Positions 25,534 to 39,239 of a DNA stretch of 64,000 nucleotides are shown piece by piece; position 1 is the stretch's first letter, and every line of letters starts with the position of its first letter. Position numbers and translations under genes: made by a program. Under the pieces are notes generated by a model. The model was not told the origin of the DNA. It made no database searches and saw nothing but the letters and a program-made list of their open reading frames with translations. The stretch comes from Octopus bimaculoides (taxonomy: Eukaryota): contig NC_068990.1 of assembly GCF_001194135.2 (NCBI RefSeq), forward strand, positions 23,720,586-23,784,585. The letters are read 5' to 3'.

Positions 25534-27134
25534 ANNNNNNNNNNNNNNNNNNNNNNNNNNNNNNNNNNNNNNNNNNNNNNNNNNNNNNNNNNNNNNNNNN
25601 NNNNNNNNNNNNNNNNNNNNNNNNNNNNNNNNNNNNNNNNNNNNNNNNNNNNNNNNNNNNNNNNNNNNNNNNNNNNNNNNNNNNNNNNNNNNNNNNNNNN
25701 NNNNNNNNNNNNNNNNNNNNNNNNNNNNNNNNNNNNNNNNNNNNNNNNNNNNNNNNNNNNNNNNNNNNNNNNNNNNNNNNNNNNNNNNNNNNNNNNNNNN
25801 NNNNNNNNNNNNNNNNNNNNNNNNNNNNNNNNNNNNNNNNNNNNNNNNNNNNNNNNNNNNNNNNNNNNNNNNNNNNNNNNNNNNNNNNNNNNNNNNNNNN
25901 NNNNNNNNNNNNNNNNNNNNNNNNNNNNNNNNNNNNNNNNNNNNNNNNNNNNNNNNNNNNNNNNNNNNNNNNNNNNNNNNNNNNNNNNNNNNNNNNNNNN
26001 NNNNNNNNNNNNNNNNNNNNNNNNNNNNNNNNNNNNNNNNNNNNNNNNNNNNNNNNNNNNNNNNNNNNNNNNNNNNNNNNNNNNNNNNNNNNNNNNNNNN
26101 NNNNNNNNNNNNNNNNNNNNNNNNNNNNNNNNNNNNNNNNNNNNNNNNNNNNNNNNNNNNNNNNNNNNNNNNNNNNNNNNNNNNNNNNNNNNNNNNNNNN
26201 NTTATATATGTTTTTTAATCGAAATCTTTAATTGACGATAAATCTATTTGTTAAATACTGTTAAATAAATAAATGTAAAAATATATGTTATTTTAAGCAA
26301 ATATTTATGTATAAATTTCATAAGCGTTTATAAGGGGATCCCTAAGGTAAAGCCTGAAATATAAAGGGGTCCGCAAGTCAAACAGTTTGAAAACCCCTGC
26401 TCTAACATGTCTACCAATCGACAGCATTCGTTTTCCTGATATTGAAACGATTCTGACAGCTCGCCGCTTTAATAATGATAATAATCCTTTGTTATAAGCA
26501 CATGACCTGAAATGTTGTGGGGTGGGGACTCGTCGAATACATCGACCTTAGTATGCAACTTAAAAAAGTCCTAACGAATCTGGAATAGAACCAGCCTCTC
26601 ATGTCCCGCACGGGCACTAAGCCAGCCATTTTGAGTAATGAGTTAAGTCAATCAACCATTTGACATTCAAGTTACTGTCAGTTGTAATGCTTATTAATTC
26701 ACAGGCGCATGCGTGACTGTATGGTAAGAAGTTGGGTTCCCAACCTCATGGATTAGTCACACTGCGCCAGTTGTTCTCGGATCTCTTACTACCGATTTAC
26801 TCCGCAAAATAGGGATAATGGCGATCCGTCGGAGAAATGCAGTGGCTGCTGCCGCGAGTGTCACTGGCCAGTCTCTGCGGCAATGTCAACGCAGTCATTA
26901 CCGTGGGGCGTGGCTGAGCACACCATTTGTTCTGGGATATGTGTCCTATCCCTCATTCTGCCTCCATCTTCCGCTGCTTTCTCTTCCCTTTTTTCTTTTT
27001 CTTTTCTTTTCTCTTCTTATCTGTTTTTTTTTGTATCTAAATGTTCAAATAAAATAAAGTGTTGCATTAAAAAAGAAAAAAGAAAAAGTGTGATTGATAA
27101 AAAAAAAGATAAGAAATTAATGATTTGGGCATTG

Positions 27135-27352
27135 AAGCTGGTATGCTTCAGAATCGTTAGCACACGGGCAAAATGCTTACCAACATTTTGTCTGTCTTTA
27201 CGTTCTGAGTTCAAATTCCACTGAAGTCGACTTTGTGTTTTTTTTATTTTCGGGGATGGATAAAATAAGTACCAGTCAAATACTGGGCTGATGTAATCGA
27301 CTTACACCCATCTATCAAAAACTGCTGGCCCAGTGCCAAAACGTGAAACCGT
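27135..27352 (+). mobile_element. Family B SINE
   Basis: cagaatcgttagcacacgggc..gagttcaaattccactgaagtcgactttg. Confidence 0.78.
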
Positions 27353-28485
27353 TATTTACGACACTGAAGCCAAATCGAACACAAATTCTCTTTAATTTAT
27401 TTATTTATTTCAAATTTCGAATTAATGAAGCAATTTATTATTCAAAAAAAGAAATAAAATGAAAGAAAGAAATAATAAAAAAAAAAACAGAATTGACAGT
27501 TAAGGAAAGAGAAATAATGAAATTCTGCCTGTGAAAGAATGCATTTGACTTAACCCTACCAAACACAAGTATTTATAAAACGTTCGAGATCTTACCGTCA
27601 AATAGATTTTAATCAGAGGTGTTCAAGTGTATGTGTGCGTGTGTGTGTTTGTGTGCGCGCAGGTATATGTATATGTGTATGTGTGTGTGTGTGTGTGTGT
27701 AAGTATATGTTTATGTATGTATGTATGTACATGTGAGTTTATGTGTATGTGTGTGGGTGTATGTGTATTTATTGGGGAAAGAGGAAGAACACTGTTATTA
27801 ATTTGTATATTGTCTGTACTGAGTATTGGTTGAAAAATACATTTAGCTGCTATTTCTAGCAGGTCAAGTAAAGAGATAGAAGTTTACACTTTAGCTCATA
27901 TATAAATATGTTTCCTTTTGTAGATGTTCACCCCTACCGCCAGTCAGACCTCATCGGCTAGACCTACAAAAAAGGTATACCAACCGCGACCATCTCTACT
28001 TTCCTCCGGCGTAATGTAGCAAACAGCAGATTATCCAATGTGTACTTCTTGTCTTTAAGACACTAAGATGTGATAAAAGGGAAAGTTGACTGCTATTTCT
28101 AAAAAAAAAAAAAATCAATCAGCCTATCAATCTCCTCCCCTCTTAGGCACAGCCAATCGGAACTGAAACCCAAATGCCTGAACTCAATAACGAAGCTAGC
28201 CGAGACAAATACAAACTTCTCTGAGGTTTCTCTTTAATATCTCGCATCATATAAACACGATGATTAGCCATAATCAATTCTTCTCGAAATCCATTGTGAA
28301 ATAGTTTAGTTCTATAGAAGCCTTGATTAAACTGGCTTATGATCAAAGACGTTTCAGTTAAGACCAGCTTTCCTTTATTTCAAAATTATTAAGATAGCTG
28401 TGTCTCGGCGCAGACATGCTGTGTAGAAGCCCATCGTATATATATGTGGCCGCAGTTATATGACTGAAACAAGTAAAAGAATAAA

Positions 28486-28534
<49 letters not shown>

Positions 28535-28569
28535 GTATGTATGCATATATGTATGTATGTATTTATATA

Positions 28570-29750
28570 CAGACGTGACAAAAGTAAGGAGACACCCCAT
28601 AAAACATCATTTTACGTTTATTCTATCTTGTAAAAGTTTATATTTTTTATTAATTGACATTTTTTGTGTTTCAGGTTCTATATGTGATTGTTTAGCCATG
28701 ACATATACAAAAGAAGCCTTGGAACTGTCTGAATTTCAAAGAGGCCGTATTGTGGGTCATTCTGAAGGTGGACATAGCATAAGATCACAGAAAGCCTTGG
28801 GATCCCGCTTTCTACAGTTAAAAGAGTAATTGTACAATTCACCAGAGAAGAGAAGAAGTCCACATCGCCTCGCCCAGATCAACCAGGGCCCTCTGACAGG
28901 ACCCTTCTCTTTGCTAAGAGAATCGTGGAGGATAATCCTCATTGCAAGGCCTCTGACATAGCAGAACAAGTTGATGTAAGTCCTAGAACAGTTGTCAGGT
29001 ATCTCCACAAACTTGGCAGAGCAGCAAGAAGGAAGCAACTTCTTCGACCAGCCAACATCCATCGGAGAAAATATTAGGCCAGCCAGTGAAGTGGTGGAGA
29101 GGCCACTAGCATTTTGGGACACTGTCATATTCTCTGATGGTGGTCGAGTGCTGGTCTCGAGACTCTGTGATCAAGAATTTGGTGTGAAAAGATCGCAGCC
29201 AACAACGAAACATGGCAGCTATTCTGTGATGGTCTGTGGAGCAATTTGGAGCAATTAGTCATCAGAGCTGGTAGAGTGTGAGAGAAACATAAACTCGGAT
29301 AAATATTAATCCGTACTGCAGAAAGGACGCCTTCCAATCTTCTCCAGTGATGAAATGATTAAGAAGAGTCTTTATTTATGCTAAAATAAAATGACGGCTA
29401 AAATGACCCAAGATTTGTTGGATGAGAATGGCATATAAAAGCTTCCATGGCCAAGCCAGTCGCCAGATATGAACGCTATTGAACACCTCTGGGCCATAAT
29501 GGACACGACACTTCATAAAAAGAACAAGAAATCATCTTCAAAGCCAGATCTTGGCAAGAAGTTTCGCAAGATAATATTCGTCATCTGATCAGTAACATGC
29601 CTAATAGGGTCCTTGCATTAAAAATGCAAGGGGCATGTCTACTAAATATCAGATATTCACATTACAACAATGAATAGATGATATGAATGTATAGTTTCAT
29701 ATTTAAATAAATTTTAATGATTGTAAGGGTGTCTATTTACTTCTGTCATG

Positions 29751-29754
<4 letters not shown>
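28570..29754 (+). mobile_element. Full-length but decayed Tc1-family DNA transposon
   Basis: 28-bp TIRs CAGACGTGACAAAAGTAAGGAGACACCC versus RC CAGACATGACAGAAGTAAATAGACACCC (24/28), TA on both sides; frameshifted transposase from ATG 28698 with ELSEFQRGRIVG, VIFSD, KHGSYSVMVCGAI and WPSQSPDMNAIEHLW. Confidence 0.92.
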
Positions 29755-29794
<40 letters not shown>

Positions 29795-29991
29795 NNNNNN
29801 NNNNNNNNNNNNNNNNNNNNNNNNNNNNNNNNNNNNNNNNNNNNNNNNNNNNNNNNNNNNNNNNNNNNNNNNNNNNNNNNNNNNNNNNNNNNNNNNNNNN
29901 NNNNNNNNNNNNNNNNNNNNNNNNNNNNNNNNNNNNNNNNNNNNNNNNNNNNNNNNNNNNNNNNNNNNNNNNNNNNNNNNNNNNNNNNNNN

Positions 29992-30044
<53 letters not shown>

Positions 30045-30124
30045 CTTTGTGCTTTGTTAGACCTCGCACACTACTTGACAACCAGTGTTGTTTCGTTTAA
30101 GTCCCCATAATACAAAATAATGAT

Positions 30125-30336
30125 TTCAAATTTTGGTACAAGGCCAGCAGTTTTAAGGAGAAGGAGTATATCGATATCATCGACCCCAGTGCTTACCAAC
30201 TACTTATTTCATCAACCCCGAAACGATGAAAGTCAAAGTCGACTTTGGCAGCATTTGAACTAAAAAAGTAAACCCAGAAGAAATGCAGCTTAATATTTTG
30301 TCCGGCACGGTAACCACTCTGCCAGGTCACCGCCTA
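30125..30336 (-). mobile_element. Family B SINE
   Basis: Reverse-complement match. Confidence 0.72.
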
Positions 30337-30764
30337 CGAATATTCAAAATAGCTAGTTGAACTTCTATGTGGTTATTGATTATCTCGCCAATTGGTTGGC
30401 ATAAATAAATTCCATTTATAGACATGAAATTTGAGATTTGAAGTGTTTGAAAAATAGGATGTAGAACCTCTTTCTGAGGGTATTAGGGGTATTTATGATG
30501 TGAATATAAACGAGTGGGTGGATTTTGTACGTAGTCGCTTGACATCCTAGAAACAGTAACCAAACCTCCTACAAAACACATTATACTATCTTCAAAAAGA
30601 TAGGCAGGAAGATTAAAGAATATTAAAGCTGTGATGTTAACCCACAATCATAGGGTTGGTCGAACAGGGTGGTCTTAGGGCAAAATCACAATGATTACAG
30701 TATAAAGAAGCTGGAATAACACCAACAGAATAATAATAAGACAGATTGCTCGACACGTTAATTA

Positions 30765-30965
30765 ATAAATATTGTGATCGATACGTAGATTTGATCGTGG
30801 ATCTCCGTCCTTCGATACTAAGGATTTAGTTATTCGTTCAACTGAATAATCTGTTCTTGAACTAACGTGTAAGTGGTTGAGTATTCTACAGAACCGTGTA
30901 CTCTTAACGTAATTTACAGGCAGAATGGGTGTGACACAGTGTGACACAGTGTGTGACAAAACTGT
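30765..30965 (-). mobile_element. Old family C tail fragment
   Basis: gtaagtggttgagtattctacagaaccgtgtactcttaacgta..gtgacacagtgtgac. Confidence 0.55.
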
Positions 30966-31004
30966 GATTCATCTATTAAAAAAATAATTCACCTGACAGG
31001 CTTC

Positions 31005-31162
31005 TTCACAGTCTCCGTCAAGCAAACTTTACTCACAAAGTATTGGTCGATGGGAAGCTATAGAGAAATGACATTCGCCCAAGATGTCACGCTGTGGGAT
31101 CGAACCCGGGACCAGGTGGTCGCAAAGCAAGCTTTTAGACAATCCGGCTATACCGCGCCTAT
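31005..31162 (-). mobile_element. Family A SINE 5' fragment
   Basis: Diverged reverse-complement match to the head and CORE-like domain. Confidence 0.6.
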
Positions 31163-31289
31163 AATAGATAGATAAATAGATATATAGATAGACAGACGTT
31201 TAATTGAGAAAGATATTACGTTACAAAAATTTATTCTGTAGCTGCTCAACAGGTTGACGTATTGCGAACTTGGTTTCCTGGGGCGATTA

Positions 31290-31488
31290 CGGCGTCATCA
31301 TCATCATACTCATCATCACAACCACCACAACGATCACGACCACGACCATCACAACCACTACCACCATCATCATCATCGTCATCTTCATTACCACCATCAT
31401 CATCGTCATCACCACCACCACTATCATCATCACCATCACACTACCATCATCACCACCACCACTACTACTATCATCATCGTCATCGTCG

Positions 31489-31525
<37 letters not shown>

Positions 31526-31546
31526 NNNNNNNNNNCGTCATCGTCG

Positions 31547-31612
<66 letters not shown>

Positions 31613-31870
31613 CCACCCTCATCATCACCACCCTTGCCCTCACCACCATCATCTTCTTCCTGCTGGTCACCATCATATTCATCGTCGTTATCCTCCTCAT
31701 CATCAACAGCATCATCATCGTCACTACTATCACCCCCCCCCACCGTTGTTATTGTCTTTGCCGTTATCATTGTGGTCATGCCCATGGTAATGATGATGAT
31801 GACGAAGACAACAACCATAACGCCGCCGCCGCTGCCGCCGCCGACGACGACGACGACGATGATGCTGGTG
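31290..31870. repeat. Large compound (CAT/CAC/CGT)n trinucleotide tract
   Basis: Directly visible; source of poly-H/S/I/D/M ORF artefacts. Confidence 0.95.
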
Positions 31871-33130
31871 ATTAACTTCAACGGTAATAGCGACTACTAG
31901 AAACAAAATAAACAAAATGGTTGACAGGGCCTTCCAGTTCTTGAGTTCTATTTCATTGCACGTATTTTGTCGTATAATTTGCCAAAACGAATTAACTTTA
32001 CGAGTTTCAATATACGTCGGTAATAGATAACAGTTTACAAATGTCAGTTATTCTGTATATGTTAGAGCATACTTCTCCATTTAACGTAGAGCTAAGTACG
32101 ACCCTTAAAAATTAGTCAGAACCTTGGAGACATTGTCAGTAGCTGCTACAATACAACATAGATATAAATAACAGTAAAAATAACGAGAGCAGCTATAAAA
32201 TTAAGCAATGGAAAAGAAGATAATAGAAAAAAAAAAAAAAAGAAACAAGAAAAGAAATAAAACAGTAGGCGATTGTGACTATCAAATACTGCGGTTGTTC
32301 AAACTCCATAATCCTAGGTATACCGATCTTGGGCTTCTGTAGCAAGCAAAAAAGTAGACCATACAAAAAAGAAAAGAAACGGTGGGGAAAATATATTGAT
32401 TGACAGAAGGATTAAATTTTCAGCTAAATTTGTAATGAAGCCAGAACAAATATTGATTTTGCATTGGTAGTATGTTAAAGTTTCCTCTGTTTCATCTCCG
32501 ATTACTTGGCTCAAGTTCATATTGCTTTGTGAGAGATATGCATAGAAAGCGATTGGTTTTTATTGCGCTATCCGCACAGCAGCCGACTGGGTTTTAATTT
32601 CATTGTGCTGGACACATAAATGTCGACAAGCTTGTAATGTAACAGCATTACTTTAATAAATAGCTAGCTAGCATTGGTCAAATTGAAGATGAAATGGTTT
32701 AAAAGAAGGGACATATTTTAATCCCAGGTCAGAAATGATCAGGAAGATATATAATCTATGATTTCCCAACTATGACCAACCTATATATATATATTTTTAT
32801 ATCTAACACTACATTATCCAATGTGTCCTACATTAAAAAAAAAATGACAGTGTGATATGACGGAAATTGATCTGCGCTTGAAGATCGATCTTTGATATAT
32901 AAGATTTATATAAGATAACAATATCCAATGCGTCCTGAATATTTTTATCAGACAGGAGGCTGTGATTTGTGAGAGATTAGTTTATATTGTTATAAATCAG
33001 TTCAACAATGGCCACAGAATAAAATTACTGTACTCTGAGGACATGATAATCTTAACGTTAGGGAAAAAATTAAATTTGGTATTATTAACTCCTAATAATA
33101 TACATAAACATTACCCAGAAGCCACCAATA

Positions 33131-33674
33131 CAAGGTTTGATCAAAAAGTATCGAGACAAGAGGTATAAAAAGAAAACTACAACTCATATTAATTCAGCAT
33201 TTAATCTCTTTCGAAATAATCCACTTTATCTAACGTAGTCCCCATTGATAGAAGCATTCTTGGAACTCCTTTCTTGGATAGTGAGCAACCGCCTAGTCGC
33301 ATTCTCTTGGATTTCATCGATATCTCGAAATCATGTTTCTTTTAAGAGGAATTTGATTTTTGCCTTGGTTTTGGGGTTATAGCCATAGACCCATGATTCG
33401 TTACCTGTTATGACCGGTCTAAAAAAGTTATCATCTTCCTCAACTCATTCAAAGAGAGTCTGCACAGCTGAAATCCGATCTTCTTTATGAGACGACCACA
33501 CTCTACACACTTTAGTTCCGAGTACTGCTATAATTAGCGGAAGTGAACGAGAAAGTTGTAACTCAGTGTGCATGCGCCACAGAGTTCAAGGTCAATCTGT
33601 GCCTAGCGACTTCATTCTGCATACTTTAGCTCCGTTACCATAGCAACAGTCCCGATACATTTAATCAGATCTCG
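33131..33674. mobile_element. Non-autonomous mariner-type element
   Basis: TIRs CAAGGTTTGATCAAAAAGTATCGAGAC versus RC CGAGATCTGATTAAATGTATCGGGAC; TA on both sides. Confidence 0.75.
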
Positions 33675-33941
33675 TACATACTGAAAATAATGTAAACACA
33701 CACCAAGAATAAATAAATAAATAAATAAATAAATATAATTGTTAAAAGCACTAATCAACATAATCATAGATTCAAATCTGAAATCATTTTAAAATGATTA
33801 ATCTCCTAATTAACGAAAACTGCAAAGAAAGAAGTAAAAAAAAAAATATATCAGGACCATCTAAAAATGAAAGTCACTGTAAGCTATTCTATACAATGTT
33901 ATTTTCTGAATGTGATTTTTAGAACAACATGTACTTTAAAT

Positions 33942-34085
33942 GTGAAGGTGTGTGGCCAGGTGGTTAGAGTGTTTACACATCACGATCGCGGTTTCGATTC
34001 CCGGATCGGATGGTATGTTGTGTTCTTGAGCAAAACATTTCATTTCGTGTTGCTCCAATTCACTCACCTGTAAATGAGTAATGCT
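33942..34085 (+). mobile_element. CORE-like SINE 5' fragment
   Basis: tRNA head plus gtgttcttgagcaaaacatttcatttc..cacctgtaaatgagta. Confidence 0.65.
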
Positions 34086-35191
34086 ACAAAGAGTAACTGG
34101 TTGTATGTATAAATGTATATGTGTATATGCATGTACGTATGTACGTACATAGGTACGTAAGTATATATGTATATCTATCTATCTATCTATCTATCTATAT
34201 AAATAAATATACATACATGTATGTATATCTATATACATATACGTATACATTACACATATATATATATCTAAGAATACCTATATATGTTACATATATGGAC
34301 ATACATGCACACGCACGCTCCCCCTGCCACACATACATACTTTGATCACATGGTGCTGTATTTCGTGTCCATGTTATGGTTGCTCTTTGTTAATGATGAT
34401 CTCTGCCACAGCACCATCTGATCCTTATAAGAAAAATATATGAAATTCCAGAACTGATCATACGGAAGTTTATTTTAATCATTTCAATTTTTCTCTCCAT
34501 TTTATTCCATCATGAAGAGGCAGCTGCCCATAAACATACATGCGTGTCTTGTTTGTTTTCCATGATTAAAGGTCTCTAAGCACTTTCCATTTCTTCTTAA
34601 ATACACACACGCGTACATACACACATACATATACATCCATATATATATATATGCATATATGCATATATGTACACACACGTACACATATAGATAGATATAT
34701 TCGTACATACATATATATATATTTATCCATATCTGTACCTCTGTGTCTCTAAGTATACATGTGTTTATATANNNNNNNNNNNNNNNNNNNNNNNNNNNNN
34801 NNNNNNNNNNNNNNNNNNNNNNNNNNNNNNNNNNNNNNNNNNNNNNNNNNNNNNNNNNNNNNNNNNNNNNNNNNNNNNNNNNNNNNNNNNNNNNNNNNNN
34901 NNNNNNNNNNNNNNNNNNNNNNNNNNNNNNNNNNNNNNNNNNNNNNNNNNNNNNNNNNNNNNNNNNNNNNNNNNNNNNNNNNNNNNNNNNNNNNNNNNNN
35001 NNNNNNNNNNNNNNNNNNNNNNNNNNNNNNNNNNNNNNNNNNNNNNNNNNNNNNNNNNNNNNNNNNNNNNNNNNNNNNNNNNNNNNNNNNNNNNNNNNNN
35101 NNNNNNNNNNNNNNNNNNNNNNNNNNNNNNNNNNNNNNNNNNNNNNNNNNNNNNNNNNNNNNNNNNNNNNNNNNNNNNNNNNNNNNNNNNN

Positions 35192-35254
<63 letters not shown>

Positions 35255-35696
35255 TACAGAAGAAGGTTACAGGAGCATCGGAATGAGCTGAACAGAATTC
35301 CAGCACAGGAAGAACAATTCTTACAGCAAAATATAAAGCAGTTAAGATCTTCCCTTGAGAATAAAGTATTACAGACATGGAAAAGAAAAGAAAAATAACT
35401 CATTAGTTTTAAAGTTTACGGTTAGAAGGAAAAGAAGAAAGAAACAGATACAGTCGATCAAAAGCTGGTGTTATGAACATTTTGGTAATATGACGTTCAT
35501 AGTTTGGTTTTTAAAATATTTGTGGGGTCACTAATGCCTAGTACCGAGCCTTTTTTCCTTACAATTAATAATAATGATAGCATAATCGATGCCCCAAGGG
35601 AATTATTGGTACGATATCAGATCAGCATGATGGACAGATTGGCGCGATGAATATTATTGAATTTCGAATATTCTTAGTAATTACCACATATAATAT

Positions 35697-35760
<64 letters not shown>

Positions 35761-36246
35761 NNNNNNNNNNNNNNNNNNNNNNNNNNNNNNNNNNNNNNNN
35801 NNNNNNNNNNNNNNNNNNNNNNNNNNNNNNNNNNNNNNNNNNNNNNNNNNNNNNNNNNNNNNNNNNNNNNNNNNNNNNNNNNNNNNNNNNNNNNNNNNNN
35901 NNNNNNNNNNNNNNNNNNNNNNNNNNNNNNNNNNNNNNNNNNNNNNNNNNNNNNNNNNNNNNNNNNNNNNNNNNNNNNNNNNNNNNNNNNNNNNNNNNNN
36001 NNNNNNNNNNNNNNNNNNNNNNNNNNNNNNNNNNNNNNNNNNNNNNNNNNNNNNNNNNNNNNNNNNNNNNNNNNNNNNNNNNNNNNNNNNNNNNNNNNNN
36101 NNNNNNNNNNNNNNNNNNNNNNNNNNNNNNNNNNNNNNNNNNNNNNNNNNNNNNNNNNNNNNNNNNNNNNNNNNNNNNNNNNNNNNNNNNNNNNNNNNNN
36201 NNNNNNNNNNNNNNNNNNNNNNNNNNNNNNNNNNNNNNNNNNNNNN

Positions 36247-36278
<32 letters not shown>

Positions 36279-36284
36279 TCATCA

Positions 36285-36520
36285 TCATCATCGTCGTTTA
36301 ACGTCCGCTTTCCATGCTAGCATGAGTTGGACGATTTGACTGAGGACTGGTGAAACCAGATGGCTACACCAGGCTCCAATCTGATTAGGCACAGTTTCTA
36401 CAGCTGGATGCCCTTCCTAACGCCAACCACCCAGAGAGTGTAGTGGGTGCTTTTTACGTGCCACCGGCACGAAGGCCAGTCGGGCGGTACTGGTAACGGC
36501 CACGCTCAAAATGGTATATC
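36285..36520 (-). mobile_element. RTE-type LINE/SINE 3' end with (GAT)n tail
   Basis: (CAT)n followed by cgtttaacgtccgctttccatgctagcatg..ggatgcccttcctaacgccaacc, a motif typical of RTE-associated 3' ends. Confidence 0.6.
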
Positions 36521-36899
36521 TTATGCGACACTCAGTGGCTAAATTCACTGAACGTGGGTAGAGTGGGAAGATCTGGAAATTACTTATTTTTTACATATAT
36601 ATCAATGTGTCCATTCAGTGGAATCTGTATAGTAATGGGTCTTGTACTTGTTGTCGCTGGATAGTCAGTCTATTTCTTAGAGTAAGCTTTGTTTGGTCTA
36701 TGTAATCTTCATTGCATCCTTGACATTTGATAGCGTATATTAAATTCCTTGAAGAACATGTAAAGAGATTTTTTTCGGTAAAAATCTGTGGTGATTTGAA
36801 TTTGTATGTTGTGTCTTCAATAAGATTGATGCAAGTCCCACAATTGGGGCGGCCTGTGTATAAGAAACAGAGATAGATGAAATATAAATAAATAAATCT

Positions 36900-37520
36900 C
36901 TATAAAGGGCACGGATGCAGACATACGAAGCGAACCTATATACACATACAAACACACACGCAATAACTTCACACGCGGCCGCAAAAGTATCAAAAACACA
37001 ACTAACAACGACAGAAGCAGCGGTGGGACAACGATGGCAAAAACAACAACAACAACAACAAAAACAACAACAACAACAACAACCACGATGGCAACACCGT
37101 GGGCGAAAACACAGACACAGAGAGATACAGGAACTGTACCAAATTTTCGGGTCCTAGGGCAGCAGCAGTGACAACGGGGGAGAGGATGGGACCGAGGGTA
37201 AGGTCCCATCCTGCTATTAAGAACAATGACACACGCACAAGTATACACACACATACACACTCATGCTCTCTCACACACACACACACACACAGACATACAC
37301 ACAAGCACGGGCGTGAACGCATGCGCACATAAGTATACACATCATAGAAAAGTACACACGAAGACGAAAAGTGTCGCTGAAGAGGTCACAGATGTGTGAC
37401 GAAAGATTTCCGGACAATAGACTTGAGTTAGAATAAGAACAGTAATAAACGAGTGAAGAACAAATATATAGTGCGTATGTTTATTTAGCCCCCGCAAAAT
37501 GGGCATCCCGAAATACAACT
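36900..37520 (+). mobile_element. Probable Penelope-like terminal repeat with hammerhead-like motif
   Basis: CTGAAGA-G-GTCACA-gatg-TGTGAC-GAAA..TC at 37377-37410; 11-bp perfect hairpin at 37183-37212; internal (CAA)n and (CA)n; ends aataaacgagtgaagaac. Confidence 0.45.
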
Positions 37521-39239
37521 ATATATATATATATATATATTCATAGTTAGCTTCGACAGACATCAGCCAAGTCCCTGCTGTATTCTTGGGATGTTCTTTT
37601 GTTTGTAAAATTACGTTTCATCCAATGATTACGGTATTTTGTAATGGATTAATGTTCTCATTCTTGTATTAAAAAATATGCGTANNNNNNNNNNNNNNNN
37701 NNNNNNNNNNNNNNNNNNNNNNNNNNNNNNNNNNNNNNNNNNNNNNNNNNNNNNNNNNNNNNNNNNNNNNNNNNNNNNNNNNNNNNNNNNNNNNNNNNNN
37801 NNNNNNNNNNNNNNNNNNNNNNNNNNNNNNNNNNNNNNNNNNNNNNNNNNNNNNNNNNNNNNNNNNNNATATATATATATATATATATATATATAAGAAG
37901 GGAGAATTCTCGGAAGTTGAGATGCGATTAACTAGAATAAGAACGAGTTTCTACGTGAATCGGCGTCATCAGTATAGCAATTATTCTACCGTATCTTCAA
38001 CGGCCAAGAGACACCGTTATATACAACGAAAGGGAGGAAAAACTAGAACACATTTATCGCCAAAGTAATTTGCATAATTTTAATTGAAAATGAGCTCAGA
38101 GAAATAAATTCGAGTATCTTGAGGCATGTAAATGAAAAACAGACAGATACTGGTATCTTAAGTACCACACTGTCCACATTTATATGTACGCGTGTGTTAT
38201 GTATATATGTATGTATATAATTGTTGTGTATGTTTTTATATCTGAGTCTATACGCATATATGCATACATATTTACATGTATTTGTGAAGATTGTGCAAAC
38301 TTTGACGTACTAAAAATTGTTTACTTTGCATAATGCAGTGTAGAACAGTAATGAGTTGCATTAAAATGGAGCGGTGTAGAAATGGTTAGGCGGTGACATT
38401 AATATATGCATGCTTTATACGAAGGTTAATTTGTGTTTCTACACCGGAATTTATTAGCATATTTCCCTGTCAGTTTCAATATAAAGTATTAGCTTTAACT
38501 GGGGATGTCTTTCCGTTGTTATCTAAATAGTTAAAGATATTCACATCTCTAAATTACACTATGCTCCCCGGATAAGAGAGTGACGCATTAGATTATACAA
38601 ACCCTAAATACCGAATGTTCTAGAGGAGGGCCAGGTTGGTTGTCAACTGGAATGCTTTGATCATAAAACTACACCATCAGGGTTGATCTGTACCTAGACA
38701 CCAACAAGCATAATTAACAGTGACAGAAACAGTATTAATACCAAAAGGTAATATTCATCTTCCATTAAAAGTGTATGTTGTATTAGAACACAAAATACTG
38801 CGCTATTTACCGTGAGAGGACCTCTCATATGGACTTCTGGTGCACTCGTGTTTATACGGCTGAAGTGCGATAACCAACCGCTGCGGCCACCAAATTTGCC
38901 AGGTCAAGTTATTTCACCCTTCCTTGGCTTCCTCAATGGCAGACATCCCGCTAGACACTACAGCTGATCCTCCCGTCAGCGATATATAGCATCCCGGTGT
39001 CTATCCTGGCATTGGTTTCTCAAACAGCTAGTGGGCTTATTGAAAAATAATCAATAGCGACAGAAGCAATATGATTATCAAAAAAGTAACGTTTATCTGC
39101 CACCGAAAGTGGTTGCGCTACAAGTCCATATGAAAGAACCTCTCATGGTAATAACGCAATATTCTGTGTCTTAAGACAACCTCTTCTTTTAGTGGAAGAT
39201 AGTAGAAAACATGTTTAGGATTCGAAATATCCGTTTGGC

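Noticed and set aside
27920-27972. Apparent + exon MFTPTASQTSSARPTKK
   Set aside because: It lies in an old interspersed repeat seen elsewhere in the window; weak donor.
31254-31915. Long His/Ser/Ile/Asp/Met-rich ORFs in several frames
   Set aside because: Translations of a (CAT)n tract containing Ns; open on both strands, with no splice or domain evidence.
35252-35399. Short coiled-coil-like + frame (RRLQEHRNELN..LQTWKRKEK)
   Set aside because: Preceded by (GA)n and a gap with no acceptor or start; no recognisable family.
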